Source: Eukaryota sp. GEM-RC1 (taxonomy: Eukaryota). Taken from it: 64,000 nt of DNA. Shown one piece after another: positions 38,701 to 50,326 of this stretch. Numbering within the stretch: the first letter of the stretch is position 1; every line of letters begins with the position of its first letter. The translations under genes and the position numbers were made by a program. The stretch lies in NCBI GenBank assembly GCA_040285855.1, contig JAUFOQ010000016.1:1240001-1304000 (forward strand), read 5' to 3'. The notes under the pieces are model-generated. The model worked only from the letters and a program-made list of their open reading frames with translations. It ran no database searches and was not told the origin of the DNA.

Positions 38701-38988
38701 TAGAGAGACCAGGATAGATATACGGTCCAAGTGTAACTCAGGGTAGTTAGCAGCAGCAGCTCCGGCTTCTAATGTTACAGCAAGAATTCTTCTGAAGTCG
38801 TCTGTTCTGCCAGCACTGAGATATTGTAAGGCCACAAGTTGAAAAACAGAAAGAGGAGCGATTTCTCCTCTAAGAACATCTAGAACCTCATCACATGGGG
38901 GAAGCTTTTCCGAGAAGTTTAGACGAATTGCCTTAAGTGTAGAATCGAGGGTAGGGACATGGATGTTTGGAATGGGCTTTGTGTACAT
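35758..38988 (-). CDS. CTR9: PAF1 complex TPR subunit CTR9
   Basis: N-terminal VLDVLRGEIAPL..ALQY..G..DDFRRIL, TPR repeats, YAFLALGN, charged tail; frame breaks at ~37650 and ~36260. Confidence 0.8.
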
Positions 38989-39055
38989 TCAACAAAAAAG
39001 TTGGAAACTTTGATAAGATAACCAACCACAACCCCTTTTCACTTCATCCTTCACA

Positions 39056-41620
39056 ATGTTACCCGGAATCAAGGAGGTCGAGGTCCAATTTGCTGAAAAA
39101 GAGCGAAAGACTACCCTGATCTGTGGACCTTTGGGTGCTGCATTAAGTGCTGCAGTATCAAAACTTAGTTCTGCAGATTACATTGCCATCGACGTTCGTG
39201 ACGATTGTCATTGTAATCGATCAACATTAGTCATTGCTTCCTTAGATTGTGTCATTGTCAGTGCAGTTAAACCCTTAGACTTCCCCAGTACTGTTAAAGC
39301 CTTCTACTCTCTTTTAATAGATTCTTCTCCTACCAAAGTTGTCTACAACACAGCCTCTTCTCTTCTAGCTAATCTTCTAGGACCATCTAAATCCCGTGTC
39401 GTCAAGGGATCGTCATCTTCCTTTACTGATCTAACACTGTCAGAATTATGGCGTAATCTAGCTCTTCAAGTTTCGGCCATCCCCATTTTGCCAATCCTGT
39501 CCATTCCTTCTGTGTCCACAGCTCTTCGTGGTTCCTCTGACATCCCGTCTGCTCTCAATGAACTCTCTGTTCGAATCTCCAATGTTTCCCACCTATCTTC
39601 TTCTTCTCCTGACGCATCTGCCATGAGACTTAACATGAGCATCGCCCAAGCTTCCTGGATGACTCTCAAACTCTTCTACTCTCTCCTAGATCGTAATTAC
39701 CTCTCATTCCCTCTTTGTCGTTGGACCATCATACCACCTCGAATCTACTGTAATTCTAAGTCTGGTTGTGCTATCAGGATCTCTTCATTTCAAGAGGCCT
39801 GCCAGCACATTGATTCTGGTCACAAACTCTCTTCTACTATACCCCAAATAGCAGTTAAAGTTGTCAAAACCTTCCATCCTTTTACTCTACTCAATACCCC
39901 TTGTAAATCCCTTGTTTTGGCGGGAGCTTTTGCTAATCACGTGTTGAATTGTCAGATGTGTCAAGTGAAAACGCCTGAAAAGATCGATTCTTGTTCTTTT
40001 TGTTTTCTTCCACTCATTACTAACACTGGTATGGGTAGTTGTTCTTGTAGAAAGAAAACTGTCAAGTCAGAGCCCTCTCCTAAAACTCCTAGTAGTAGAA
40101 CCACTGACAAACAATCTCGCCCAGTTTCCTCCAATCAGGTCACGTCATCATTCTTGGAAACTCCCAAGCAAGAACCTCGATATCCAACTCCATTGAATAC
40201 GCCGTCAAGTAGTAGTTTTGTATGCGTGTTTTGTTCTGATGAATCAACGTCACCATGTCAGTCAGTCGATGATCTCTTCTCCAATCACTTGAGCCCCATT
40301 CTTCAGAAGTTGCCTTCAATCATGGGATTTACTTCATTTACTTGTGATAAATGTCACTCATTATTCAACGACCTATCTTCCTTTATATCCCACCCATGTA
40401 GACTTCCCTTTAACTCATCCTCTTGCATAATGTGTAAGTGCATTGCCTGTGGTGTGGTCATCCCCGCTTCTTACTCAGCTGATCACGTCTCCATGTGTAA
40501 GTGCTGGGCTCCGGAAGCAATCGCTTCCCCTTCTCCACGTCTACTTGATCGTAAACGACTGTCCTCAGTTACCACTCCAGTTAAGGAGATTGAAGAGAAG
40601 AAAGAGAAGGTGGTGGAGTCGTCATCATCGGACTCCTCAGATTCGTCTGTTTACGACTCGTCTTCTTATGATTCTTCTTCTTCTACTGATAGCTCTTCAA
40701 GTGAATCTGATGTGAGCTCGGATGAAGAGGAAATAGTGGAAGTTAAGGAGGATCGCTTTCAGTGTGGGTTTTGTTCTCAATCATTTGATCACTCTATTAG
40801 AGCTCTTGTTGGTCATGCTGAACAGAATCATCAACGTCAAATGTTCGTATCTCTAATGCAAGTTCCTGGCTTCCCACCTTTAGATCGAAACAGTCCCATT
40901 CGATTCAGTAAATCCAACACTATCAAATGTACTCTATGTAACATCCCCAAACACCGAAAGAATCTTCCTTCTAACCCAAGACTACCTTCTGAAAGGAGTC
41001 AGTTTGAGAAGACTTACCCAGCTGTGATGCATTTGATCAAGTATCATCCCGAGTTCTCCTTTGAGGGAACTCCACCTCTAGTGTTTAGTTGTAAGTGTAG
41101 TTGTGGCCAGCTTCTGCATTCAGTAGAGGAGGCAAAGGGACATTTGCAGTCGTGCTCAATCTTAACAGTGTTACAAGCAAAGGAAGCTCCAGCTACTCCT
41201 AAAGAGAAGGTAAAGAAAAAGAAAGAGCCCAAGCTTAGCCAATGTGTCTTTTGTAAGCAAGATTTTCCTCAGTTTTCTCTTCATGATCACGTCATCAAAC
41301 ATCATCCTGAGAAAGTTGTTGAAACTGCAGCGTCACCAGCTGTCTGTGTTCCTCAGATTATTATGAAGTTCTTGGGAGTACGTGTTGATCGTCCTCATAG
41401 TGCAAAGAAATTCAACTGTTCACTATGTTCAATGACCAATCAATCAATTGCAAATATTGTTAAACATTTCATGTCACATAACGATCCTTCTGGGTTTATT
41501 TCTCTTGCTGGAGTTGAATCTAAATATGTGTGCACTCTTTGCGAGTTCTCTTTTAAGGATAATTCAGAGGAAGATATTATCAATCATTTTAAAGAGTTCC
41601 ATCGTATTTCTCAAGCTTAG
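39056..41620 (+). CDS. 854-aa multi-C2H2 zinc-finger protein, possible degenerate N-terminal exonuclease-like domain
   Basis: Many CxxC..H..H/C motifs; Ser/acidic tract; uninterrupted ORF. Confidence 0.7.
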   Translation: MLPGIKEVEVQFAEKERKTTLICGPLGAALSAAVSKLSSADYIAIDVRDDCHCNRSTLVIASLDCVIVSAVKPLDFPSTVKAFYSLLIDSSPTKVVYNTASSLLANLLGPSKSRVVKGSSSSFTDLTLSELWRNLALQVSAIPILPILSIPSVSTALRGSSDIPSALNELSVRISNVSHLSSSSPDASAMRLNMSIAQASWMTLKLFYSLLDRNYLSFPLCRWTIIPPRIYCNSKSGCAIRISSFQEACQHIDSGHKLSSTIPQIAVKVVKTFHPFTLLNTPCKSLVLAGAFANHVLNCQMCQVKTPEKIDSCSFCFLPLITNTGMGSCSCRKKTVKSEPSPKTPSSRTTDKQSRPVSSNQVTSSFLETPKQEPRYPTPLNTPSSSSFVCVFCSDESTSPCQSVDDLFSNHLSPILQKLPSIMGFTSFTCDKCHSLFNDLSSFISHPCRLPFNSSSCIMCKCIACGVVIPASYSADHVSMCKCWAPEAIASPSPRLLDRKRLSSVTTPVKEIEEKKEKVVESSSSDSSDSSVYDSSSYDSSSSTDSSSSESDVSSDEEEIVEVKEDRFQCGFCSQSFDHSIRALVGHAEQNHQRQMFVSLMQVPGFPPLDRNSPIRFSKSNTIKCTLCNIPKHRKNLPSNPRLPSERSQFEKTYPAVMHLIKYHPEFSFEGTPPLVFSCKCSCGQLLHSVEEAKGHLQSCSILTVLQAKEAPATPKEKVKKKKEPKLSQCVFCKQDFPQFSLHDHVIKHHPEKVVETAASPAVCVPQIIMKFLGVRVDRPHSAKKFNCSLCSMTNQSIANIVKHFMSHNDPSGFISLAGVESKYVCTLCEFSFKDNSEEDIINHFKEFHRISQA

Positions 41621-41694
41621 TCAGTGGTTGTGTTGTTAGTTTTTAATTAGTTAGTCTTTTTGTTTAGTTTTGATTTTATTTTGTAATAATTTAT

Positions 41695-42771
41695 TTATAA
41701 ATTTCTAAGTTCGTTTAGTGATTTGATAATCAATTCTTCTATTGTTGACAGATCAAGGCGTACTGATAAAATGTCTTTCGGTTTGTATTGTTTCTTTGGA
41801 TTAGTACACATTGGTATTGACAGCATTTTACCATTTCGAACCAAATCCGGACAGGGAACGTGGTAGTCAATCAGTTTGATTGCTGAAGGGAAAATAGGAA
41901 CTGATGAACAATCAAAGGGACAGATTCGAACAATCACAGCTGGTTCAATCAAAAGTTTAGCTAAAGAGTCAAATTCCTGTGATCTGTCGACATAAAACAA
42001 AATAGACGTCCCAAAAAATAGCCGAACTTGTTCAACAACATTCAACAAAAGACTGTCTATGACACGAAAGCTGAAGGAATACTGTCGAGAAAGATAACCC
42101 ATGGATGAAGACCACCTTGAGTTCAAAACAGGAGTAGAAATAGAATAGTTTAAAGAATCATAATTGAGAAAGACTATTTTTGGCGGGGAATCACATTTAC
42201 AAGGAATTCTCAGTTTAATCTTCATTGCATCTTTCCACCTAAACAGCGAGTTCGCATCAAAATCTAAAGAAATCGAATCAAATTCAGGTAAAGATCTAGG
42301 AAGTACTAAATTAGAGAGGGAAAAGTAACTAAAACTCGGGGAAATAACTCTGGAAACAAAGGGTTCAATCAGATCAATAAACGAAGATTGACTTTCAAAG
42401 ACTTCAAGATTGAGAAAGAGAGCAATTTTTGAGGAATAAAGATCAACTAAGTGAATCAGAAGAGGAAGTAGCTTGTTGAAGAGAAAGTCAAGGTCTGATT
42501 CAAGTGGAGGAATCCGAGATAGATCGAGGACAGGTTCAGAAAATGTATACCGTGGAAGAGGAATAGTTGAATAACAAAGAATAGAATCATCAGCAATAGA
42601 TATATTAGTAGACGCTAGACCAATACCTTGAAGAGTTACTGAACAGATATTGGATTGGTAGAGGACATGAGAGATTGAAGTGTAATTTGAATGAAATCGA
42701 ACTCTAGTTTGAAGGCTAACACAGATCGAAACAAGTTGAAGCAGACAAGCGAATTTTATGAAGTGCCGCAT
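41695..42771 (-). CDS. Hypothetical protein with predicted signal peptide
   Basis: 358-aa ORF with hydrophobic N-terminus. Confidence 0.6.
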   Translation of the reverse strand: MRHFIKFACLLQLVSICVSLQTRVRFHSNYTSISHVLYQSNICSVTLQGIGLASTNISIADDSILCYSTIPLPRYTFSEPVLDLSRIPPLESDLDFLFNKLLPLLIHLVDLYSSKIALFLNLEVFESQSSFIDLIEPFVSRVISPSFSYFSLSNLVLPRSLPEFDSISLDFDANSLFRWKDAMKIKLRIPCKCDSPPKIVFLNYDSLNYSISTPVLNSRWSSSMGYLSRQYSFSFRVIDSLLLNVVEQVRLFFGTSILFYVDRSQEFDSLAKLLIEPAVIVRICPFDCSSVPIFPSAIKLIDYHVPCPDLVRNGKMLSIPMCTNPKKQYKPKDILSVRLDLSTIEELIIKSLNELRNL

Positions 42772-42959
42772 AATAGGAGATATCTTAAGTGTAGAACTGA
42801 CTCGCAGAACATAAAGGTGGTTTGATACAGGATCACCATCATATACCAGGTACTTTGAAGCATTCTAGTGACAATTTCGTTAGATAACAGAGCTCCTGTT
42901 ATGGAGAAGAACTTGTTTGGACCAAATTTGTTCCAACTTCCAATCACTTATCCGATCTT

Positions 42960-43743
42960 ATGCAACGAGAATGCCCTTCTTGTTTTGAGAGATTTCTATC
43001 AAAAGATCTACTCTTTTCCCATATAAAAACATGCAAACCTGAAGCTCTTTCACCTCTACCCAAACGAGTTGACCTTACTGCTCAAAACGATTCGGAAGAA
43101 TATGTATCCTCACCACGAACTAAAGATACCTCTTCTGTTTTAGCACGATCTCAACAAATGCACGACCGTGTGAAGGATTCTTATGTACGATGTTCTTACT
43201 GTGAGAGAACATTTCTACCGTCTCGTATACAAGCTCACGAACGAGCATGTGTAGAGAAAAAAACAACAAGAGCGCCAACCAAAGTCACCTTCTCTAAGTC
43301 GTCCTGGCACGCCCAAAAACCTTAAGAATACTGCCAGACCTTCTTCTCGTACATCTAAACCCCGTCAATCCATAGATTCCCCTTATGCGTCTCCAAGATC
43401 CACAGCCACTACTACTACCACTAAAGTAGCACCCGCTGTAGAGTCTTTTTCTGAACCTGTGTCTGCACCCACATTCACCTCAAAATATCTCTTGGAAGAA
43501 ACTCTTGGTATTAAAGTTTTTGGCTTCATAAACAAATCCAAGGATCGTGTTTGTCTGGGCGAGGTTATCATTGATTGTAACACTACTATTAATCACGTTG
43601 TGTCAATGATCAAGGAGCAATTGAACATTGATAGTTCTACTTTGTTGAAGAACTCTGAAGTTCCTATTCATGACAGTCAGGGTTTCATTCCAGCGTTCTG
43701 TTTTTTTAAATCTGCAACGGATACTATAACTGTCCTTCGATAG
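42960..43743 (+). CDS. C2HC zinc-finger protein
   Basis: CPSCFERF..HIKTC and CSYCERTF..HERAC; frame break at ~43320 into the 43459-43743 frame. Confidence 0.65.
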
Positions 43744-43784
43744 AGTTTTTTGTATATTTGTAACATAAATAATGACTATTCAAT

Positions 43785-44291
43785 TTATTGCTGAGCATTC
43801 ATTAATAGTTCTTGAGGAAGTTTTTTGGGTTGGAAGCCTAATAGTTTTACTAGATTAGCTCTGATTGAAGCAGAACACAAAGCATAGAGGAAAGACATTG
43901 AACAGTCCGTGAAGTCCTCTCCTGCAAGCCGACGATGAGAGATTTTCTTAATGAGACCAAATGGTTCAAAAGGAAGTTTAGCAACAACAACACCATCAAA
44001 TCGTTTGGATAACAGACGATAAGCAACAACCATAATGATACCAAGGAAGAAGGTTCCCTTGGCTTTCATTATTTGGATGTTCTTGTTTTCTTGACGAAGA
44101 GTGTCTTCTGTCTTTTGCAGCGTTTTTTGGTCTCCGTATTTACCTTTCTCCCACTTATCTAAGAGAGTGCTAATTTTGTTTTTCATGTTTTTGTACTTTG
44201 AGGTACGATAAACAAAGAGCCATCCTAAAAGTTCCGAAACAAGACTGACAGAAATGGAAAACAGAACAACTAAGAGAAGAGGAGGAATCAT
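43785..44291 (-). CDS. TMCO1: TMCO1 (DUF106/Oxa1 superfamily)
   Basis: WLFVYRTSKYK, FDGVVVAKLPFEPF, SHRRLAGEDFTDCSMSFLYALC. Confidence 0.92.
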   Translation of the reverse strand: MIPPLLLVVLFSISVSLVSELLGWLFVYRTSKYKNMKNKISTLLDKWEKGKYGDQKTLQKTEDTLRQENKNIQIMKAKGTFFLGIIMVVAYRLLSKRFDGVVVAKLPFEPFGLIKKISHRRLAGEDFTDCSMSFLYALCSASIRANLVKLLGFQPKKLPQELLMNAQQ

Positions 44292-45869
44292 TCTTAGTAA
44301 TGTAAACAGCTTCACCAGTTAATAGAACAACAATCTCTCAAATTACAACACTATGAATCATGGATTCGCTCAGTACAACATCTACTTCCTTCTGAGTACG
44401 TTTCTCCCAGCATCTACACACACAAATCCCAACCAACAGTCCCCGATGAAGACATTATTTGCATTTCCGATGCTGACGATTCGTATTTAACATGTCCTGA
44501 TGATAGTGATCTTGTTCGACAACAGAAACAGGATGCTGAGACTGTTCTCACCGCTTGGGACGTTCCGACTCATAAGAAACGTGAAATGATTGGAAAAATT
44601 AAAGGTCCAAAACGTGAATCTTTTGATTTCTGGGCTATTAGGGATCCCAATGGGGAGGAATTGTAATGAACTTTTTCTCTTGTTTTGTCCATTTGAAGAA
44701 GTTAGCACAAAAAGTAGAAAAGTTGTTTGGTTTATTGATGAAGATAAATAAGCATCAGAATTGACTATGATTCTGGAGTATCTTCTGACTTATAGTATGA
44801 GATTGATACATAGTACGAGTGATAACACTAAGAGAAGAGAAATCTATATTAGACAAGAATGTTACATGTTTGTTGATGAATCAGTAAGACGAGAGTTGAC
44901 TAAGTGATGTAAGTTGAAAGAGAGATAAGAAGCAAGACTGAGACTTGAGAGGGAACATGGGCTCATTCAATGTTCTTGGTATCTCCTTCCTCCAGCAAAA
45001 CGTCTCTACGGAAGCCGTTGAGACCAAATTGTGACCGCGTCCAATTATACTTTAATTTATATCAAAACAAAGGATAAGAACAGAAAAAGAAAGGAAGTGG
45101 GACATTTGTAGCGTGATCGTGTGTAAAGTGTGTCTAGAAAACCAATACGACTCTTTGTACAGCATCTTCAGAAGGAAAGCGTGTGAAGAGAAGAAATGTT
45201 GGTGTTGGGTTGTGAAAAGAAAGATGTGAATTGTTTAAAGAACAACTGAAAGGAGCAAATTCATGGTCAATTGTCTATGTAGAGGACACTGAAAAGTGAA
45301 AAATGAAGACAATCGTCAATAAATGTCTTGACTGACATGACACTGTAGACACATCTATAAATACCAACAACATACAAAATGGCCTATTTTCTGCTCACAT
45401 GTCGATGTTCATTCATTCGACGGTTATGAGAGGCCTGTTTTTGGTGGGAAAGTCATCCTATCAAATCAGGTGGAATTCTACAGAAGCAACTTCTGTAGAT
45501 ATCTTGTATCCATACAGCCTGGGTGGGACCGGGCGGCAATATGCTATTCAAAGGCATCATTGTTCAATCAAAACCCCAAGGAAGGCATTTTTGGTCATTG
45601 ATCCAATTCAATCCAAATTTTTTATTTTTTCGAAGTCGAGGGTTTTATATGGGAGTATGTGTGTTGTTTTTGGCAGTCAGGCCTATCATTTTTACATGCC
45701 CAGCATGGTGATAGAACCACCAGGGCAACACACTGCTTTCCAGCCCCCAAACTTGCCTCCTTGTAAAATTCAGTGGATCGGTGGTGGTGGTGGTGGTTTT
45801 GGTGGTGGTGGTCAAATTTTATTGAAGTGTCGTTTTTTGCAAATTTCTGTCAGTTTTGATTGTAGACTG

Positions 45870-45923
45870 CAGTTCAAAATTGATCTTACGTCTGATGGTG
45901 ATGTGGAATCCAATCCAGGTCCA
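45870..45923 (+). other. 2A-like ribosomal skipping (StopGo) peptide
   Basis: QFKIDLTSDGDVESNPG|P matches the D(V/I)ExNPGP consensus; core at 45900-45923. Confidence 0.85.
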
Positions 45924-46571
45924 CAATCTGATCCCAATTCTGATCCCATCGGTACAAGATTGAGTCTTTCAAGTCTTGGTACAGAACCTGCTCATAAGAA
46001 GAAAACTGTACTGTCCGAATCTCCTTTGCAGTTTCTAGAAGCTGAGGAGTTATATCTTTTCTGGACATTGAATCTCTTTCGGCAAAAGAATTGCATACTG
46101 TAAAACTCCCTAAAACTTCGGAGAAAAAAGATGCTGCAGACGATGAACTCGATTCAGAAGCCAAACCAATCTCTGAATTGTCTGAAGAACCAGATCAGTT
46201 GAAACCTGACTTTGAAAATGATTCAATCATCCAGATTGGAATCCAACTTGTAAATACTTTTGAACATCCTTTACAAGAGTCAAGGAGTTTCTTGTTTACT
46301 TCTAAGCGAGTTCTTACTGATGATCTCAATGCTGAAGTTCTTCATTTTGAAAATGAAAAGGAAATGTTGGTTGAATTTATTCATCTCCTGAAATTGGAAG
46401 AGCCAAAACTCATTTGTGGCTACAATTTAAATTCATTTGATTTGCCGTTTATTGTTCGTCGATGTCAACTGCTTGGTGTGGAAATCAATTTCTTAATTAA
46501 ACTGGGTGAAGGTTCTGTTTGTTGTCTGTGGTTTTTTCAAAGATGGGCTAAAAAATCAAATCTTGCTTCTA

Positions 46572-47368
46572 CAGTATCCTCTCTATATCTTCTCGCCTTT
46601 GGGAACACAAAAAACCGAGAAGATATAGAGAGCGAGAAGATATACAATTATGTTTAAAACCCAAATAATACATATGTTTATTAAGTCTACTCAATAACAA
46701 TCACATGTGCATTGTTTGAAGAGTGGAAAAAGTGCATCAAAGTTCTTTGGCTCAATTCTTCAACTCTTAATTCCTGAAACTCACGTTAAACTTCATCCAA
46801 AGTGTATTACGAGGAGTGTTTTCAGTGAAAGTTGACAGAAACATAGGATTGCAAAGCTGTAAGAGCATTTTATACTTCTGTTCTAGAGACTTCAGCTTGT
46901 GGTTGCCAGAATTACGTCTTCAGTGATTATCATCAGTGACAAGTTCATTTCCACAAACAAAACAAGAGCTGCATCTAGTTCAGAATATTTTAATGTTCGT
47001 GTCCTTTTGATTGTCTTAACTTCTTTTCTAGTGTAATTGCTTGTTCAAGAATTTGAGCACGTCGTTTGAGTATTTTTACTATAGTTGTTCGGTGAGGAGG
47101 TGCAGGAAAATTGAAGGTTTCTTTGGCCACAGGGCTAGATCGGTATTCTTTAAGTGTGCATTTTTATCAGCATACTAAATGAGTAGCGCTGATTGTTTGA
47201 CACCAATTTCTACGGGTTTTGGTTTACGATGTTTGATAGTTTGGCTCATAAAAAGCGAGAAGATATAAACCGAGAAGTTAGATAACCAAATGACTTAGGG
47301 AATTGAAAAAAGCGAGAATTTATAGAGAGTGAGAAGATATACAGCGAGAAGATATAGAGAGGATACTG
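46572..47368. mobile_element. Tc1/mariner-type MITE inserted in the exonuclease coding region
   Basis: Perfect 25-bp TIR CAGTATCCTCTCTATATCTTCTCGC; TA TSD at 46570-46571 and 47369-47370. Confidence 0.92.
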
Positions 47369-50326
47369 TATTTGGTCTCTGGATTTGTATCAACTCTTAC
47401 GTTCTACTTATACGTTTCCCGGAGGTAGATCATTGGAAAATGTTGTTTCATATCTGTTTGAAGGTTCACACATTCAAAAATTGGGTCTTTTATCCGAAGA
47501 TGAGAAAGTTCGTCTTACAACTAAGTACAAGAGTCAAGGTTATGAAGTGCTAAGAAATCAAACTACTTTAGCCAAGTTGAAAGAAATTGAACGTTTGTGG
47601 AATGGTTCAGATGAAGACCGTAGGTCTCTTGCTTGTTATTGTATTAACGATGTTGAATTATGTCGTTACTTAGTAGACTTCTTCTTAGATAAAAAATTGC
47701 AAACAATGTTGTTTCTTCCTGCTGTTAAATCTGTTAAATGTGATCTTCGTCAAAATCTAAACGATTCCAATCCCCAAGATCAACAATCTGATCTTAATGA
47801 ATTTCGCAGAATTGGAAAGAATTTTAGTAGAATCAATACCAGAGGTAGAATGCTCTTAAAGTTATTCTTTATTGATGAATATGATCGTCAAATAAATGAA
47901 AAACCTCACGAATTACCCAACTTGGACATTCTTCAAGAAAAAACAAGGTTCTAGAGTCTTTATGGTGGTCTGTTTGTCAAAAAGAAGTGAATTGGAACAC
48001 TACTATGAAAAACAAGGTTGTGATGAAAAGATGCAAGTATTGTACAACAAAATTGAACAGGAAGAAGAAGAGATCGAAATGGAAGATTCGGAAACTGTGG
48101 AACTTGTAGAAAGAAAATCGAAAAGAGGTACTGTGTCTAGTGAGCTTGTCTCAATGAGATGTAGGATGGCCCACCTATGTTTTGATTATTACTTGCCAAT
48201 TCTCGAAATGATCTCCGTTGAACAAAATGTCGCGTCATGGACAAATTCACAACCTCAAGTTTTTGAGAAAGATTACGATTTCCTAGCTCCTTCCTACAAA
48301 TTAATGGATCAAATTTTGAAATACCATTCAAGACATGTACGTGCAAATTATGCTACTCATTTGAAAATGCACTTTCATGAATACATTTTCCGTGCCATGA
48401 ACATTTGTTTGAATAAAAAATCGAGAATAACAGAGTTAAAAAGACCATGCGATTGAAAAACAAGAATTGTTGACCCAGTTCAAACAATTGAGAGAAAAAA
48501 TTATTGATTGTAAAATTTCTGAAATCAATTTTGACTTATTTGAAAATCCTGAAAGAAGTATTTGTAGAAATTTTAAAGACTATCTGGAAAGTCATTTTAC
48601 TTCAATATTTGTCAAAGATAAAAACTTATTCTATTCTCAAAAGGTCCATCCAATGAAGTTGTTGTCTCATGCAATTTTTATTACAAGGCTTGTTAGAGCT
48701 GAAACTGATGAAAGAGGAAATCCTTGCAGTATTCCAAATTGTCTTCCTTTTACAGACACTGTCATTCCACATCATTTTAGAGTTGACACTAAAGTTGTAT
48801 TAGGTAATTTCTTCAAAAAGAAGCCATGTCTGAAGCTCAAGATTTAGAATCCAAGATTTCTGGGGACAAAATTTTCAAAAAACAAACAAAGAAATTTTAC
48901 ACAAGTCGTTCTGTCCAATACGGAACAGAAATCTGGGATTCCCTACTTAACAGAGATGCTAGATGCTTCAAATCTACTAAGGCAAATTACTCCTTTAAAA
49001 ACTCACTCCAAACTGATGGTGTTTCAGTTTCACTTGTTTTACAAAGAAACGATTTAGTAGGAAAAAAATATTCTACAATTCAATTGCATACTGAAGAAAA
49101 GTATCTGGATGATTTAACCGATGCCGATATTGAGGAATTAAATCTCAGAGAAAGAACTCTTGTGGGCATTGATCCAAATAAGTATGCCCCAATTGTTGCT
49201 GTCACAGAAAAGTCTGCTGAGGAATTGGAAAAGAAGGAATCAAAGAAGATGCAACCACAAGGCCACGAAAGCCATCAGGACGTGTCATTAAAAACAGAAG
49301 AAACCACAGAACACCCAAACCTGAAGTTCAAGTCTCTAAAGATGTTAAGCTGAGAGAAAAAGACAAGTTTAAGAAGTTTGTTTATACTCAAGGAGAACGT
49401 AACTACGACTCCAAATTCAAAAAATACCGTAAAACAGAACAACGAAAGCTCGAATCGACTACCTGTCTTGATGTAACTGGTAAAGATGCAATGAATCTCT
49501 TCTCTGCTGCTGTCAATCAAGGACAAAAACAATCTTGTGTTCGTGGAGAGTTTTGTCAGTACATCTATCAAAAAGAACTGTTTAACCTGAGAACTTGGAA
49601 TTTGTATAGTGCTACTTGGTTTAGAAAGAGGCAACTTCAATTGTACTCCAACAAAAAACGGGGAGAAGACCAAATGATCAACCGTTTCAAGAAAAAATTT
49701 GGTGAACCAAACAAAGTTCTCATCGGTTATGGTGATTGGAACGACTCTGCTTTTCGCTCGAAAGGTTTTATTCCGACAATTAAAGGAAAAGCAATGAGGA
49801 AGCTATTTACAAAAGCAGGGTTCAAGATTTTTCTAGTGGATGAGTACCGAACTAGTAAGTGTTGCTCTAAGTGTGTTAAGGACGGAATATTTGGAGAAAA
49901 TACCCACAATCATGGAATCACATGTCCAGATCCAAACATCCATCGAAAGAAGAAACGGAAAAGAAGTGGCTGAAGTGGTACTGTAAGAAAAACAGTATGG
50001 ATTTCCAAGAAGAGTGGAGAAAAGCTGAAGAGGAATTTGAGAAACGTGCTGAAGTGAAACCGTGGGGTTTGCTCAAGTGTAAGTATTGTACTACTATGTG
50101 GGACAGGGATTTCAATTCAGGCATCAACATTATGGAAATCATGAAGGCAAAGTTAGCTGGGCTACCCAGGCCAACTATTCTCAGCAGAAGCCAATCTGAA
50201 CAAATGACTTCTGAGATTAGTTGTGTACAATGTCTTGAGACTGAGGAGAGTGAGGAAAAGGACGTCGTTGCAGAAGATGAGAGTGAAGAAAATGTGGACG
50301 TTTTGATCGATCAGTCTGGATCTTAG

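Larger units (their letters stand above)
45399..50326 (+). mobile_element. Fanzor1 gene with N-terminal 2A peptide and fused DEDDy exonuclease; MITE-interrupted and frame-broken
   Basis: 2A DVESNPGP; Exo motifs LDIES, GYNLNSFD, YCINDV; Fanzor motifs QTDGVSVS, VGIDPN, YTQGER, IGYGDW, VDEYRTSKCCSKC, LLKCKYC..WDRDFNSGINI. Confidence 0.85.

Noticed and set aside
44350..45400. Transposase partner or left end for the Fanzor element
   Set aside because: Only degenerate sequence, partly similar to the interior of the 31.5-32.5 kb MITE; no ORF, TIR or TSD pairing with the Fanzor right end could be identified
46046..47700. Family B DNA polymerase of a Polinton or virus
   Set aside because: Only the exonuclease motifs are present; no polymerase motifs (DxxSLYP, YGDTDS), capsid or packaging ATPase nearby
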